Shown here piece after piece: positions 33,278-45,158 of a stretch of 64,000 bases of DNA. Origin of the DNA: Mayamaea pseudoterrestris (lineage: Eukaryota); NCBI GenBank assembly GCA_027923505.1, contig BROI01000007.1, forward strand, positions 434,001 through 498,000, given 5' to 3'. A program made the position numbers and the translations under genes. Positions within the stretch are counted from its first letter, which is position 1; the number at the start of each line of letters is the position of its first letter. The notes under the pieces were generated by a model that saw only the letters and a list, made by a program, of their open reading frames with translations, ran no database searches and was not told where the DNA came from.

Positions 33278-33640
33278 TGACGTAGTTTTCACTAACACTC
33301 GTTTCACAATATAGCCTTCAGGCTCTATTTTCACTGGCACTCGTTTTATACTATTGCCTTGCGACGTAATTGACACTGGCACTCGTTTCGTGTTATTGCC
33401 TCGTGACGTAATTGACACTGGCAGTCGTTTTACAGTTAAGCCTCGTGACGAAAGATTCAATGGCACTCGCTTCACGCTGATTCTGACGCAGCTTTCACTG
33501 GCACTCGTTTCATACATAACCCCTTGGGCTTCGTTTTCACTGGCACTCGTTTCGTACATAAGCCTTTAGGCTTCGTTTTCACTGGCACTTGTTTTTTACT
33601 ATTGCTGTATGACGTATTTCGTTTCATACTTAAGCCTTCA
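33278..33640. repeat. 42-bp-period minisatellite with core CACTGGCACTCGTTT, in the DPH6/MRPL12 divergent intergenic region
   Basis: Cores start at 33290, 33332, 33374, 33416, 33458, 33496, 33538 and 33580. Spacing is 42 bp except one of 38 bp, and the linkers are more variable than the cores. Confidence 0.9.
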
Positions 33641-33793
33641 ACGTTGATAAAGGTTCGGGCGGAAACGTCCACCCATGGAATTATGAAGCCTTACCGGTAC
33701 TCATCCAGCCTCCACCTTTTTCTTTTTCGTGGTCGGCAAACCTTGAGCTTGCCATAGTCTCGCTTGCTTGTACTGTACAGAACTAACAGAACC

Positions 33794-34339
33794 ATGAATA
33801 GACATATGCTACAAGCTTTATCTCGTCCAAGCTCCAAAGCATCTCGCTTATTATCCTCGGAAGCAGCGTCATCATCATCAGCATTATCTTTTCCAGCCGT
33901 TCCAGTCGACATGGATTCATTCCACTACCCAAAGGCCAAGGCAATGTTTGAAAAGATTACCAACAAACTCACCAAAGAACAGATTCCAATATTGTCGAAA
34001 CACATGACAACCAACATTCTCGGTCGGCCGATGCGTCAACGAGAATTCTACTACCATGGCTTTGGATCAGGCAGCAACAAGCGCGGAAGTGCAAGCCACG
34101 AAGAAGCAACTGCAGCACCTGTCAAGACAACTGTCGATGTCAAGCTTGTTGGTTTTGATGCGACAATGAAACTCAAAGTCATCAAGGAGATTCGAGCCCT
34201 TGGGGGATTGGGCTTGAAGGAGGCCAAGGAATTGGTGGAAGGCGCGCCGAAAACCGTTCAAAAGGGACTCTCGCCGGAAGCGGCGGAGGAATTGAAACTA
34301 AAGTTGGAGGCGGTTGGTGGCGTTATAGAGCTGGCATAG
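33794..34339 (+). CDS. MRPL12: Ribosomal protein L7/L12-family protein, probably mitochondrial
   Basis: C-terminal domain [33 protein letters not shown]...[13 protein letters not shown]. The presequence-like N-terminus is Arg/Ser-rich, and the N-terminal domain is divergent. Confidence 0.88.
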   Translation: MNRHMLQALSRPSSKASRLLSSEAASSSSALSFPAVPVDMDSFHYPKAKAMFEKITNKLTKEQIPILSKHMTTNILGRPMRQREFYYHGFGSGSNKRGSASHEEATAAPVKTTVDVKLVGFDATMKLKVIKEIRALGGLGLKEAKELVEGAPKTVQKGLSPEAAEELKLKLEAVGGVIELA

Positions 34340-34462
34340 TTTTTAAATAATAATGCATGAAGGCGTAATGGTTTTGTTCAATTATCATATTCAGATGCAT
34401 CGAGATTAATAGCTACTACAGCAAGCTTTATGAGAAGAAATACTTCTTCATCCCAATGTGAG

Positions 34463-36142
34463 CTAATCAGCGTCAATAGCTAGTATACCAGAAAAGACAT
34501 CATCGTTTGTAAACAACGATGTTGGTTCCTTGAAAGCAAGTGGTGCCTTGCCCTTGCGCGGTCGCTTTCGCTCCTGGTCAAACAACGACTTGTAGGTATA
34601 ACCCAAAAAGTCATCCGTCAAATTGTACAATGGCGCCTTCAACTCCTCCGCACGACCAAAGGACTTTGCTAGCGTCACAACGGGTGGATAGTAGTGCTTT
34701 TCCAGTGAGTATATCTCCCACAGCGACGATTGTAACGCGTTGGCTTGCTCAGGATCATCCACCTTGGCGTCAAAACCATCCTCCAAATCTTCCTGACGAT
34801 GAATCAAGCAGGATACTTCGGGATGTTTGCGCATGAGATTGCTGCAGAGAGCCAAGATGAAGAGAATGGATGACGGCGGCCCTTGTAGAGAGCAACGCAG
34901 AAGGCGCTTGCAAAAGGCAGCCACAATGTGGGCAGGCAGCATGTCGTTGCGAGACAAACACTTGTCCAATAGAGTAAAGAAGCGAGTCCGATACTTGACG
35001 TAGAGAAGTGACGGAGTGATGAGACGGTAGAGCTGCTTGTAAAAGTTTTTGTATTCGAGGCCATGCTTCGTGATCAAGATGAAAAGTCCGTCCAATGCCA
35101 TGATAGGTACTACTCCAGTGCTGTCGTAGGCGCTCATGAAAAAATCGGAGAATTGCAAGGGGTGTGCAACGTTGGGAAGAACACTTTGCGGAAGAAACTG
35201 CAAAGCTTGCTTCAATGCTGGTAGCGGCAGCGTCGTTTTCAAGACAGCCAACCAGGCCTTGGCCCAAACGCGATGGTGCGATTGGACGCGCTGGTACGTG
35301 AACTTGTTGACAGCTACCTTTTGCTTCTTCTGAGGCGGACCAGCAGTTACTGGACCATCGTCTGACGACTCGTCGTCACTTGCCGAATCTGATGCGTCAT
35401 CGTCGTCACATTCCTCTTCTTCGGCACTATCCGAGTCGCTCTCGTTATCCTCGTCACCAGAAGCGTCATCCGGAGGCTGAAACAAGTAGTTTGGCGACTC
35501 ATCCAATTCATCCTGAGAAGCAGGGATAGGAATCATGGAAAGAATTTGAACAAGTCGCTCCGCCTTGTCCTGTACCTCTTGGCCATCAGCACTTTGCAGG
35601 AGCTCATTCGCACATTCTCGAATCGCAATCATTGCATAGTACTGGACATCTCTATACGATCCAAGAAATTCTACTTCAACCATGTGTCGAACGCTCTTGT
35701 CCATGACGGGGACCTGACTCATGGCCCTGATCCACTGCAACAGCAGAGGCGCCGAAAGGAGCTGATATTTGCGATTGTTGCTCCACACTGGAGAGGTTGC
35801 AATGACTCCCCAAAAAGTTCGAATCGCCGCTCTTTTTCCCTCCATGACTCTCTTCATGAGTTGCTGCACCATGCGCTTGTGACTCGTCGTCAAAAAGGCG
35901 TTCCACTTTTGCTGGACGGGTGACAGTTCATCCAAGGGCGCGCCGCCAAGCTGCAGTTCTCCCGATTGTATCAGACCGGCAAACACTTTGCGCAAATCAT
36001 CAAGTCTCACGACATCAAACTTTGGATCTGGTACTTCCTTGAGTAGACCTTTGATCCTTGCCGCTGTTTCAGCCGAGTTTGATGCAGGAGGCGCCATGTT
36101 GAATGGATTTGTTCTGTGCAAGGTTTGCTTGGTTGGGCTCAT
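34463..36142 (-). CDS. NOC4: Nucleolar complex protein 4 (CBF/Mak21 family)
   Basis: Y.DVQYY, ALDGLFILI..HGLEY..FY..LY, LPAHIVAAFCKRL.R, NLMRKHP and DP..ANALQSSLWEI..L..HY. An alternative start lies at 36097. Confidence 0.92.
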   Translation of the reverse strand: MSPTKQTLHRTNPFNMAPPASNSAETAARIKGLLKEVPDPKFDVVRLDDLRKVFAGLIQSGELQLGGAPLDELSPVQQKWNAFLTTSHKRMVQQLMKRVMEGKRAAIRTFWGVIATSPVWSNNRKYQLLSAPLLLQWIRAMSQVPVMDKSVRHMVEVEFLGSYRDVQYYAMIAIRECANELLQSADGQEVQDKAERLVQILSMIPIPASQDELDESPNYLFQPPDDASGDEDNESDSDSAEEEECDDDDASDSASDDESSDDGPVTAGPPQKKQKVAVNKFTYQRVQSHHRVWAKAWLAVLKTTLPLPALKQALQFLPQSVLPNVAHPLQFSDFFMSAYDSTGVVPIMALDGLFILITKHGLEYKNFYKQLYRLITPSLLYVKYRTRFFTLLDKCLSRNDMLPAHIVAAFCKRLLRCSLQGPPSSILFILALCSNLMRKHPEVSCLIHRQEDLEDGFDAKVDDPEQANALQSSLWEIYSLEKHYYPPVVTLAKSFGRAEELKAPLYNLTDDFLGYTYKSLFDQERKRPRKGKAPLAFKEPTSLFTNDDVFSGILAIDAD

Positions 36143-36530
36143 TGGTTCTGAGCGTTCTGAGTACCGGTACGATTTTGACTTTCCTTTGCCGGAAGCACAA
36201 TAATTGTTCAGCGATGTATGGAGACTGCCAGTACTTATACTGCGAGAACTTTCAGTTCGAAAGTGAATTGAGCAGAAGAGAGTCTTGAGCTTGTGCGAGT
36301 AATTCTTTTCGTGTCCACGTCAAAAGTGCAAAGTGGGGAACGTTCACCTGTCAAACAACAATTGAAAAGTTCCATGGTACCTGCTGGCAATCAATGGACT
36401 TGTGCTAATAATATTCTAAGTAGATATGAATTAAAAATATTGTGTAAACACTTTTTACAAATTATAATCTGACAAGGGCTCAGGCGACGAACGACCTATA
36501 ACTTGTTCTATCCACCAGCCTAAAGGTGTA

Positions 36531-37361
36531 TCACAGTATGCATTCGTAACCATCCTCCAAACCCCTGGCAGCCATGAGCGCTCGCTCCACCGATGGCGAG
36601 TTGCGCAGAATGTGGCAGCCGACAAGGACACTCTTTGACGCGTCGATACTACTATCGCATGCTACTCCACCCATCATCATGGCGTATTCTTGCTGCAGCA
36701 GACTCGTTCCTGAGCAGCCCGTTGCCTCCATGAGACGCTCTCGTCGTTGCGTGTAGCTGAGGCGAAGCTGGGAAGCCTTGCGCTTGCGAGATGATTGTTC
36801 AAAGCGTTCAAAGTCTGCTGTCTCATCAGAGTAGGTCCAATCCAAACCGATTGCCAAACCTCCGGCACAAGACGGGTGATCGCCTAATACAATATTGTGC
36901 GATCGAATCTGAATGAAACTGGAAAAGCGGACACGTCGCCTTGTGCTGCAATCGTTCTTGACAATTGGCGCGGTGGATGGGTTGGTCACCAATGCTGCCG
37001 CATCATTATTAACTTCATTAGGGTTGGAGATATTCACGCGTTGAGCCTCGAGAGCCCTTCGCGTCCGTCGACCGGTGGACGTGGCCATGAGGTTCGCTGC
37101 AATGGTTGCTTCGGAGCAAGATACATACTGTGGTTGCCTGGAGAAGTCTTGTTCCGAGTATGATACTTGTTGGTCGTTGGCAGAAGTAGTGAGAAAGTCG
37201 TATGAAAACTCTGTGGAGCTTGTGATGAGAAAGTCGCTCCAATCGAACGACAAGTGCGACGCTTCCTGGGAGCAAGAGACTGGTATCACTGCACTACTCG
37301 ATGATGACTGGAATAGAGCTTGAAGAGGATCAACATCGTGGCAGACGATAGATGCCAACAT
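36531..37361 (-). CDS. Hypothetical protein with RVxF...GDHPSC..G..I.LDW domain
   Basis: RRRVRFSSFIQIRSHNIVLGDHPSCAGGLAIGLDWTY...FEQSSRKRKASQLRL...RRERL. The same domain occurs in the gene at 60403-61602. Confidence 0.8.
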   Translation of the reverse strand: MLASIVCHDVDPLQALFQSSSSSAVIPVSCSQEASHLSFDWSDFLITSSTEFSYDFLTTSANDQQVSYSEQDFSRQPQYVSCSEATIAANLMATSTGRRTRRALEAQRVNISNPNEVNNDAAALVTNPSTAPIVKNDCSTRRRVRFSSFIQIRSHNIVLGDHPSCAGGLAIGLDWTYSDETADFERFEQSSRKRKASQLRLSYTQRRERLMEATGCSGTSLLQQEYAMMMGGVACDSSIDASKSVLVGCHILRNSPSVERALMAARGLEDGYECIL

Positions 37362-37955
37362 GGTTGATTGAGTGCGCGAACGAACGATCAGGAAGGACAA
37401 GAGAGATGTTGTGGTTGCGTGGGATTTTGTGAGCCGTCGGAAATGAACGACGCAGACGCGCGTGGGACGTTCGATGAAAGTACAGGAACCTGCAAATACC
37501 CGGAGATACAGCTGCAAGTTGCTCCGTCACCTTCCGGAAGAAGTCTTTCGAGACCCTCGGAGTCGAACAGTTTCGTAGTTTGACTCATGGAAGGCTCTCA
37601 AAACTTATGCCTTTACCCGTAAGAATGTGTTGCGAGTGAAATCTGCATGCCAATGTCCCGCTGACTGTACACAAGATCACGCAGCGAAGAGTCATTGGTT
37701 GACGTCATCCAAGGTTTTATGACCCGAACGATACACGTCATGAAGGTATCTTGGAGCCTGGCTGGTGGACAATTTTGTTCCGTCGAAATTTCGCGGATGC
37801 CCTTGGCCGGTCTCCTCCAAGTCGACGCAGCAGCATGACCAAGAAGTAGTGTAGCATGCGACTGCAAAGGCCAGGGAAACATCGAAACAAACATAGTGAA
37901 TTGATAGTTAGAGAAGTTATCCTCTTTTTCCATTCGCACGAGGCACGAGCCAAAG

Positions 37956-40900
37956 ATGAGGGCGAGGATACAGCACAGAACATGCCGATGCATCGCCTTG
38001 ATGGCATCAGTCATTGCAATCAGCAGATCGGTAGACGCCATTTGGATTAGAGATGGCGCTGGCAATAGACAGCTGCAAGGAAGGCATCTGCAGAAGGATA
38101 ATTCATATGATATGAATACTCTACATCGACGAGCCTGGAGAAGGCTGCGAGAATTGGCGGGTCTTTCAAACGCCGAGGTGCAGGAGCTGATCTTTCAAAG
38201 GCACGACTTTCCACCCGAAGAAGTTGATATTACTATCAGTCCAGCTCCTGCGCGACCAAGTGTTGCTCCTAGTATAGAGCCATCGCGGTTAGTCACAAAC
38301 TTTCCCAGTCGAGGGAGTGCTCCTGCCATACCGACCGTACCAAATGTTCCAACAGTAACTGGGCCAAGTGTTCCAACAGTTGTTGCACCGACTGGAGGAA
38401 TTCTCCCTCCAAACATACCAAGTGTTCCAAGTGCTCCGACAGCTGTAGCGCCGACTCCGGTCATTGTACCAATGCCGACGGGGTCGAGTGCACCTGGTGC
38501 ACCGTCGCGGCTTCCATCAAGCGCAACGATTGTTCCAACGACGGGAGCATTGAATCCAGCTTCCATTAATACATTTGTACCGAGTGGTCAGGCAGGACCG
38601 ACTGTTGCTTCTGAATTGCCCACGTCAAAGGCACCTTCGAGCGTCACGACGGAGCCCAGTAATGGCGTTGATACAAGAGTGCCATCGGCGTCTCTTGTTC
38701 CTACTGTCTCAAAATCGCCGTCAGCTGGAGCAACGACATCAAGTCCGTCCGCTGAAGCTTCTGGACCGACTGCAACGCTTGGCCCAACACTTACGCTCAG
38801 TCCAACCGGCACGGAACCTCCATTCATCACCCTCGTCCCGGTTCCAACTGTCACTTCGAACAGCCAAGGTCCATCATCAACGACCTTGCCGTCAAGTTTA
38901 GGCGGGCCAACCTCTGCGGCGGAACCGACAGTTTCAAAAGCTCCATCGACGAGTGAAACAAGTGTACCGACGATATCAAAAGCTCCATCGACGAGTGTTA
39001 CAAGTGTACCGACGATTTCAAAAGCACCATCAGTAGAAGGCACCAGCGTACCATCGACCAGTGTTGCCGCGGAACCGACCTTAAGCCCCGTTCCAACCAT
39101 TTTGAGTGGTCCGACCACTACCACAGTACCGACAGTATCCAAGGCTCCGTCAACAGGTAGTATTGGTCCTTCCTTGGCCCAAGAACCATCGGCTGTGTCG
39201 TTGATCCCAACGGTTTCAAAATCCCCATCAACGGGGACAGTGACGCCATCGGGCTCTGGTGGTCCAACGACTGTTCCAGTTCCCACAGTTTCAAGTCCGC
39301 CATCATCCGCAACTACAATCGTTCCTACTATCTCGGCAGCACCAGGTGGCGAAGCAACGACGGTACCGAGTATCAGTCAAGCTCCAGTAGGATCGCAAAC
39401 ATTGGAGGAGTTTTTGGAGTCTACTTTGACGGACGATGGATCGCTCACAGAAGCAGGCACGCCGCAGAATCGTGCACTGACGACACTGCAAACCAATTAC
39501 CCAGATCTTGACCCAAACAACGGACCCGAGGAGCAAACGCAAATTCAGGAACTATACGCACTAAACACTCTCTACTACAGCACCAACGGAAGCAATTGGG
39601 CCGAGTCAACAGATTGGACCGGTCCTCTGCCGATTTGCACCCCATGGTTCGGCGTCACTTGCACGGAAAACTCTGTCACCGCCTTGAATTTAACGGCCAA
39701 TGACATGGCGGGTACGATTCCTTCCGAGCTTCGTGCGCTTGCGGCTCTTGGTAAGTTTGCGTTACGATAGAGTTAAGGAGGATGTCAAGACATTTATCGT
39801 TTCATGTGTTCTCACTTTGTTCTGGCATGCCTCTTTCTTGACGCAGAAACATTGGCACTTGCACGAAACAGTTTGGAAGGTCCGCTTCCAGATGCGATTG
39901 GAGAGATAGCAAGCCTACAAGTACTCAACTACACGGATAATTTTGTATCCGGCGAACTACCAGCGACAGTGGGTGACCTGGCGCAGCTCCAACTTTTAGA
40001 CGGAAGCAGGAACGCACATACTGGCACCTTGCCTGCAGCAATCCGAAAGTTGGCTGCCTTACAAACGCTTATGCTTGATTTCAACCAATTTACTGGCAAT
40101 CTTCTTGATGGCATTGGCGATCTTGCGTCGCTAGGTGAGAAATAATGTCGCTGGTTGCTGCTGGCTTGCTAGTTTTCAAATTCATATCTGACATAATCTT
40201 TCCCTTTCAACCTCAGTGTCATTACATCTCGGAAACAACCAGTTTCTCGGAGGAATCCCTAGTACCATCGGACAACTTTCGCTCCTTGAAGAACTTGACG
40301 TTCAAAATGCTGGACTCGACACCTTACCGACGGAGCTCGGCACTTTACCCGCACTTCGAGAGTTTGTAGCGTTCCTTAACTTCTTTACCGGAACAGTCCC
40401 TGAATTTTTTGGAACCATGTCAACGCTGGAAGTCCTGGAGCTGAGTGGTTGTGGTTTCACCGGCCAAGTGCCGCCAAACCTGTTTTCTAGTCCCTCGCTT
40501 ACCGAGCTTTCGTTAGCGCGGAACGTCTTCACGGGTAGTCTCCCAATTGCAGCCGAAACATTTTCTGTGCTGGAGCTTCTAGACATGGAGAGAAGTGCTC
40601 TAACCGGCACGATTCCTACCTTTATTTTGAATCTCGTCTCCTTGACTACGCTAAATTTGCGTGAGAATCAAATGATTGGCACCATCGCTACGGAACTGAG
40701 TTCACTTTTTTACTTGCGACAGTTGTATCTTGATCGGAACTTTTTTACAGGTGTCGTACCGCCTGAGCTTGGCACCACTGTCACATTGGAAGAGTTGACG
40801 CTGTCGGGCATGCTTCTGACGGGAACAGTTCCTTCAGATCTGTTTCTTCTTCCGTCCTTGCAGGTGCTCGATTTGAGCGCCAATAGTTTCACGGGCGACC

Positions 40901-42383
40901 TTCCCGAGACAACCGACACGAGTGCATGGGCTGAAATTCGCGAGCTTCAATTGAACGACGTAACAACGTTTAACAGCGGCCCCATCCCTGAATCATATGC
41001 TAATTTTTTCAATTTGGGTAAGCGCGAAGGGTGTAAAGCTCAACACGTAAAGACTTCGCAAACGTCTCACCCTATTGTAATTCGATCGCAGAGAGTTTGG
41101 ATTTGAGCAACACGAATCGGGCTGGAACAATACCGGACCTATCCTTTCTTTTACTTTTGCAGGAAGTGCGACTGGCTAATAATACTTTAAGTGGTCCTTT
41201 ACCGAGTACATTGTTCTCATTGGCGGCATTAGAAGAGCTTGAACTCTCCACGAACTTCCTCACAGGAAGCATTCCTCCCGATATTGGGTTATTGACGTCT
41301 TTAATTGACTTGAATTTGAGCAGAAACAGCCTCAGTGGCGAAATACCGTCTGAACTTGGCTCATTAACACTACTCGAAAATGTCAACCTGAGCGGAAACG
41401 CAGCCTTAACGGGTGCGATGCCTGACGACGTTTGTGCTATTGTCGAGGATCCTGCTGGTAATCTGACGACGCTTATCGTGGATTGCACAATCGAATGTGC
41501 AATTCCAGAGTGCTGTTCAGCGTGCGTCGAAGAAGGCGGAGGAGTGAGTAGGCCTCCCGCCACTGGCGGCACCACCACTTCGCCTGCGCCGTCAGCTCCA
41601 GGCGGAGTGACAACTGCACCTGCAACAGGTAGTGTCTCTATAGCTCCGACTCCTCTAGTTTCAGGAGGAGCAACATCAGCCCCGGTTGCGGCCGGAGCTA
41701 CAACTGTTCCAACATTGTTATCGTCAGGAGAAGTACCATCAGTATCCAGTGGAGCGACGATACTTCCTACTCCTCTGGTTTCGGGTGGCGCAACGACGGC
41801 GCCAGTAGCTGAGGGAGCTACTTTAGTGCCAACACCAGTGTCTTCAGGCGAAGAACCATCAAGCACGCAAACACCAGTAGCTGGTGGGGCTACATCAGTT
41901 CCGACTTTAGGGTCATCGGGAGAGGTACCATCGGTGTTAACGCCTTCAGCAATCGGTGGAGTTACATCTGTCCCGACTTTAGCGTCGTCTGGTGGAACAC
42001 CAGCTACTTCGCTAACACCTTCAGTTTTTACCGGAGATACATTTGTGCCGACGTTATCGTCGTCAGGTGGAGCACCATCAAGCACGCTGATACCGTCAGT
42101 GTCCGATGGAGCTTCATTGTCGCCGACGCCACTGTCATCGGGCGGCACACCCACCGTTTCGACACCAACCGTCGCTGACGGCGCAACAAGTGGTCCAACG
42201 ATTCTGTCTTCCGGTGATGGAAGCCCAACTGTTTTGACACCATCAGCCACAATTGGAGCTACCGCCACACCAACAGCACCTTCGGGTTTTACGACATCTC
42301 CGCCAACAATAATAGCTGCACCGGCTGTTGGAGGAACGTCAGGTGCACCAGCAGCGACAACTCCACCATCCACAGCTATATAA
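37956..42383 (+). CDS. Probably secreted LRR protein with Pro/Thr/Ser-rich regions on both sides; exons 37956-39750, 39847-40134, 40217-41017, 41092-42383
   Basis: Signal-peptide-like N-terminus, PTVSKAPS repeats, diatom-type LRR N-cap (TPQNRAL...YALNTLYYSTNG..W...W......C..WFGVTC), plant-type LxLxxNxLxGxIP repeats, Cys cap (DC.IEC...CCSAC) and a GGATSVPT-repeat tail. Three phase-1 GT-AG introns join the ORFs. Confidence 0.9.
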
Positions 42384-42471
42384 CGCCGAGGGAACTAGGG
42401 AAATGGGATAATTGTATAATTTAAACTGTAATTAGATTCGTCAAAACATGCCCGCCTTGTATTATATACTT

Positions 42472-44220
42472 TTACTTCGCCTGCCCATTGGCTGGCGATC
42501 CACGACTAATAAAGTCAATTAAATCAATCCGACTCACAATTCCACTCACAACGCTGCGTGTGACGAGCTTGGATTCGTGTCCGGCATCATCAACCAACAT
42601 GTCAAGATTACCATCACTACTATTCTTACGCTTGCGCGAAGCTGAAAAGCATCGCTGCTCCGTCACCACCAAGGCAAACGGATCATGATCCAAAGCATGC
42701 GCGAGCTTGGCTAGCGTGTCATTCATGCCAAACTTGTGAAACGTCTTGTAAATGACTCCCGCATCATGGACTGTATCATCCGGCGAGCATCTTCCTTGCA
42801 GTATGCGGTTCGTCCTAAAATGAAACGGCGACATTGTTAAAAATGAAAGCCATCAACGACAAGGACGGCCAAAACAAAAAACAGATATTATTACTCACAT
42901 ATTGCCTTCCGTGACTACGCCAACAACAACGCCTTCTGCATCAAGCACTGGCACCATGTCGTAACCTTCCTGCTTGAGGAGACGAATCGCATCCTTGCAC
43001 GTGACATCCGACGTAATAGTCAGTGGCGTATTGATTTGCAGCTCGAACACCTTGCGCTCGGCCCACCAGCTGCAAAAGTTCTTGGCTTTGATAACATCAC
43101 CATCCACATAACCCAAGTCTGACATCCAATCATCCGAAAGTGCCTTGGTCATGTAGTTGCGAACCGAGTCTGGCAAAATCACGACGCAACGCTGTCCCTT
43201 TTTCAACGACTTGCAAGCTTGGAGAGCGGCAAAGACGGCACTGCCAGAGCTTCCTCCGCAAAGCAAGCCTTCATCGCGAATAAGCTTGCGCATCATCAAT
43301 AAACTGTCCATGTCGTTCGTCTTGATCCATTCATCCACCAATGAACGATCCAATACTTGTGGAATGAAGTCGTAACCAATCCCTTCCACATGGTATGATT
43401 CAAGCCGATGCTTGTCATTCAAGCCATCCGGCAAGGCCAAAATGGAACCTTCCGGATCAACGCCAATGATTCGAATCTTGGGATTATGTTCCTTGAGACG
43501 CTTTGCAATGCCTGAAATGGTTCCGCCGGTACCAGCTCCGCAAACCAGACAATCAATCTGCCCGCCAGTTTGCTGAATAATTTCCTCCGCCGTCCCGTAG
43601 TAGTGAGCATTTGGATTGGACGGATTCGAGTATTGATCAAGAATATGCGAATTCGCCAACTCTTGATGAATCCGCTTGGCAACCGAAATATGCGAATCAG
43701 GTGCATCATAGGCAGCTTCCGTTGGCGTTCGAATAATCTCCGCATTCAATGCCTTTAACACAAAGACCTTTTCGTTACTCATCTTTTCTGGCATTGTGAT
43801 AATCGCCTTGTAGCCGCGAACGGCCGCGCCGAGTGCGAGACCAATACCAGTATTACCAGAGGTTGGTTCAATCAATGTATCGCCTGGCTGTATGCGACCT
43901 TCGCGTTCAGCATCCAAAATCATTTGCTTGGCGATTCGATCCTTGACGGATCCGCCGGCGTTCAAGAATTCGCACTTTACCAAGATTTCGCATGAAAGAT
44001 CCTTGCCAATGCGGTTCAAGCGAACAAGCGGAGTATTTCCAATGGCGTCCAATATCGAATCGCAAATGCCATTCATTCGAGGACATTTTCCTGTTGCATG
44101 AGATTTTGATTCAGCCGTCGTCGACGTCGACGTGGAAGATACTGGCGGTTGCATGGAAGTTGAAGAAGCTGGAGTCGATTCGCCGGGAGACGCTTCAGTC
44201 GACTTTTTTGCGCGAGCCAT
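42472..44220 (-). CDS. CBS: Cystathionine beta-synthase with C-terminal CBS domains; intron 42898-42815
   Basis: [24 protein letters not shown] (PLP lysine), [39 protein letters not shown] and LPDSVRNY. The CBS pair ends GIVSRIDL. Confidence 0.95.
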
Positions 44221-44660
44221 TGCACTTGCTGATGTTTGTAACTGAATGTATGACCTTGGGAGGATATAATAAAGGCGAAGCTAGCTGTCAAGGCTTGATC
44301 GTTTGGCATTTGGCATGATGAGCGACTTCACAGAATTCGGATCGAGAGGATCTGGATCGTGCCATGAGAGTTTTGCGCAAGGGTTAGAGTTCAATGTGCT
44401 GGGGGCAATAGAATGCAGATGACTCAAAGGATACCTGGATAAGAACCTCGTGACGCGGTTCGAACGCACCATAGACAAATCTCTCATGCCAATTCACAGG
44501 CGCCCATCTGCGCCATGGTGCCTTTGCAGCGCCACGTCGGCGGGCGAATGCTTCTCTGCACGACTGTTGTTCATCACGATCATGCTGCTTGTTCCACCCA
44601 AGCATGCGATTCGAGAGCCTCCTGCAGATGCATAATGTTAGAATAACATAAAAAAGCAAT

Positions 44661-45158
44661 ATGATGGAGGAGAAGCAGCAGCAGCAGAATCAGCAGCAGC
44701 ACCTTGACGGCAACGACAACATGGCAACCAAGGCCCTGCTCCAAGGACGCAGCATGGTGCCGACAATCTTCTCAATATTACAAATGAATCGGCCGCAGCA
44801 TGATGCAACAATGTGTATGTCACAGCTTTTCGATACACTGACGCAAGTGGATGACTCGTCGTCCGAAGCCTTTCCTTCCATCGAGTGGCCTGCCGACGAC
44901 GCACAAGGCAACGAAAGTAGTAGTTACATTATATACGAGAGTGCTGACGACGAGGACGAGGATGCCACTTGTAAAACTGCCGACTTAAAAGACGCGAAAG
45001 CGAGTAACGCACTTGACCACAAGCGCAGGCGGTCTTACGATGAGCTGCAGGATGCATTGAGGAAACGACTCTCAAACATGGCGGCACATTTCACACATTT
45101 TCGACCAAAAGAGCAGCGCAAGCAGTATCAACGTCCAACTTCTGCTGATGGAGCATGA
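44661..45158 (+). CDS. Small hypothetical protein with FPSIEW-acidic motif
   Basis: 165-aa ORF with LFDTL...FPSIEWPADD, an acidic tract and KRRRS; followed by an AT-rich 3' region. Confidence 0.65.
   Translation: MMEEKQQQQNQQQHLDGNDNMATKALLQGRSMVPTIFSILQMNRPQHDATMCMSQLFDTLTQVDDSSSEAFPSIEWPADDAQGNESSSYIIYESADDEDEDATCKTADLKDAKASNALDHKRRRSYDELQDALRKRLSNMAAHFTHFRPKEQRKQYQRPTSADGA

Noticed and set aside
33278..33640. Mini-CRISPR reading of the 42-bp array
   Set aside because: The core is only ~16 bp and the linkers are clearly homologous to each other.
38195..42373. Long antisense ORFs over the Pro/Thr/Ser repeats (e.g. 41072-42373, 38588-39286); similar shadows at 26788-27495 and 55512-56522
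   Set aside because: They are mirror frames of biased-codon coding sequence with no independent protein features.
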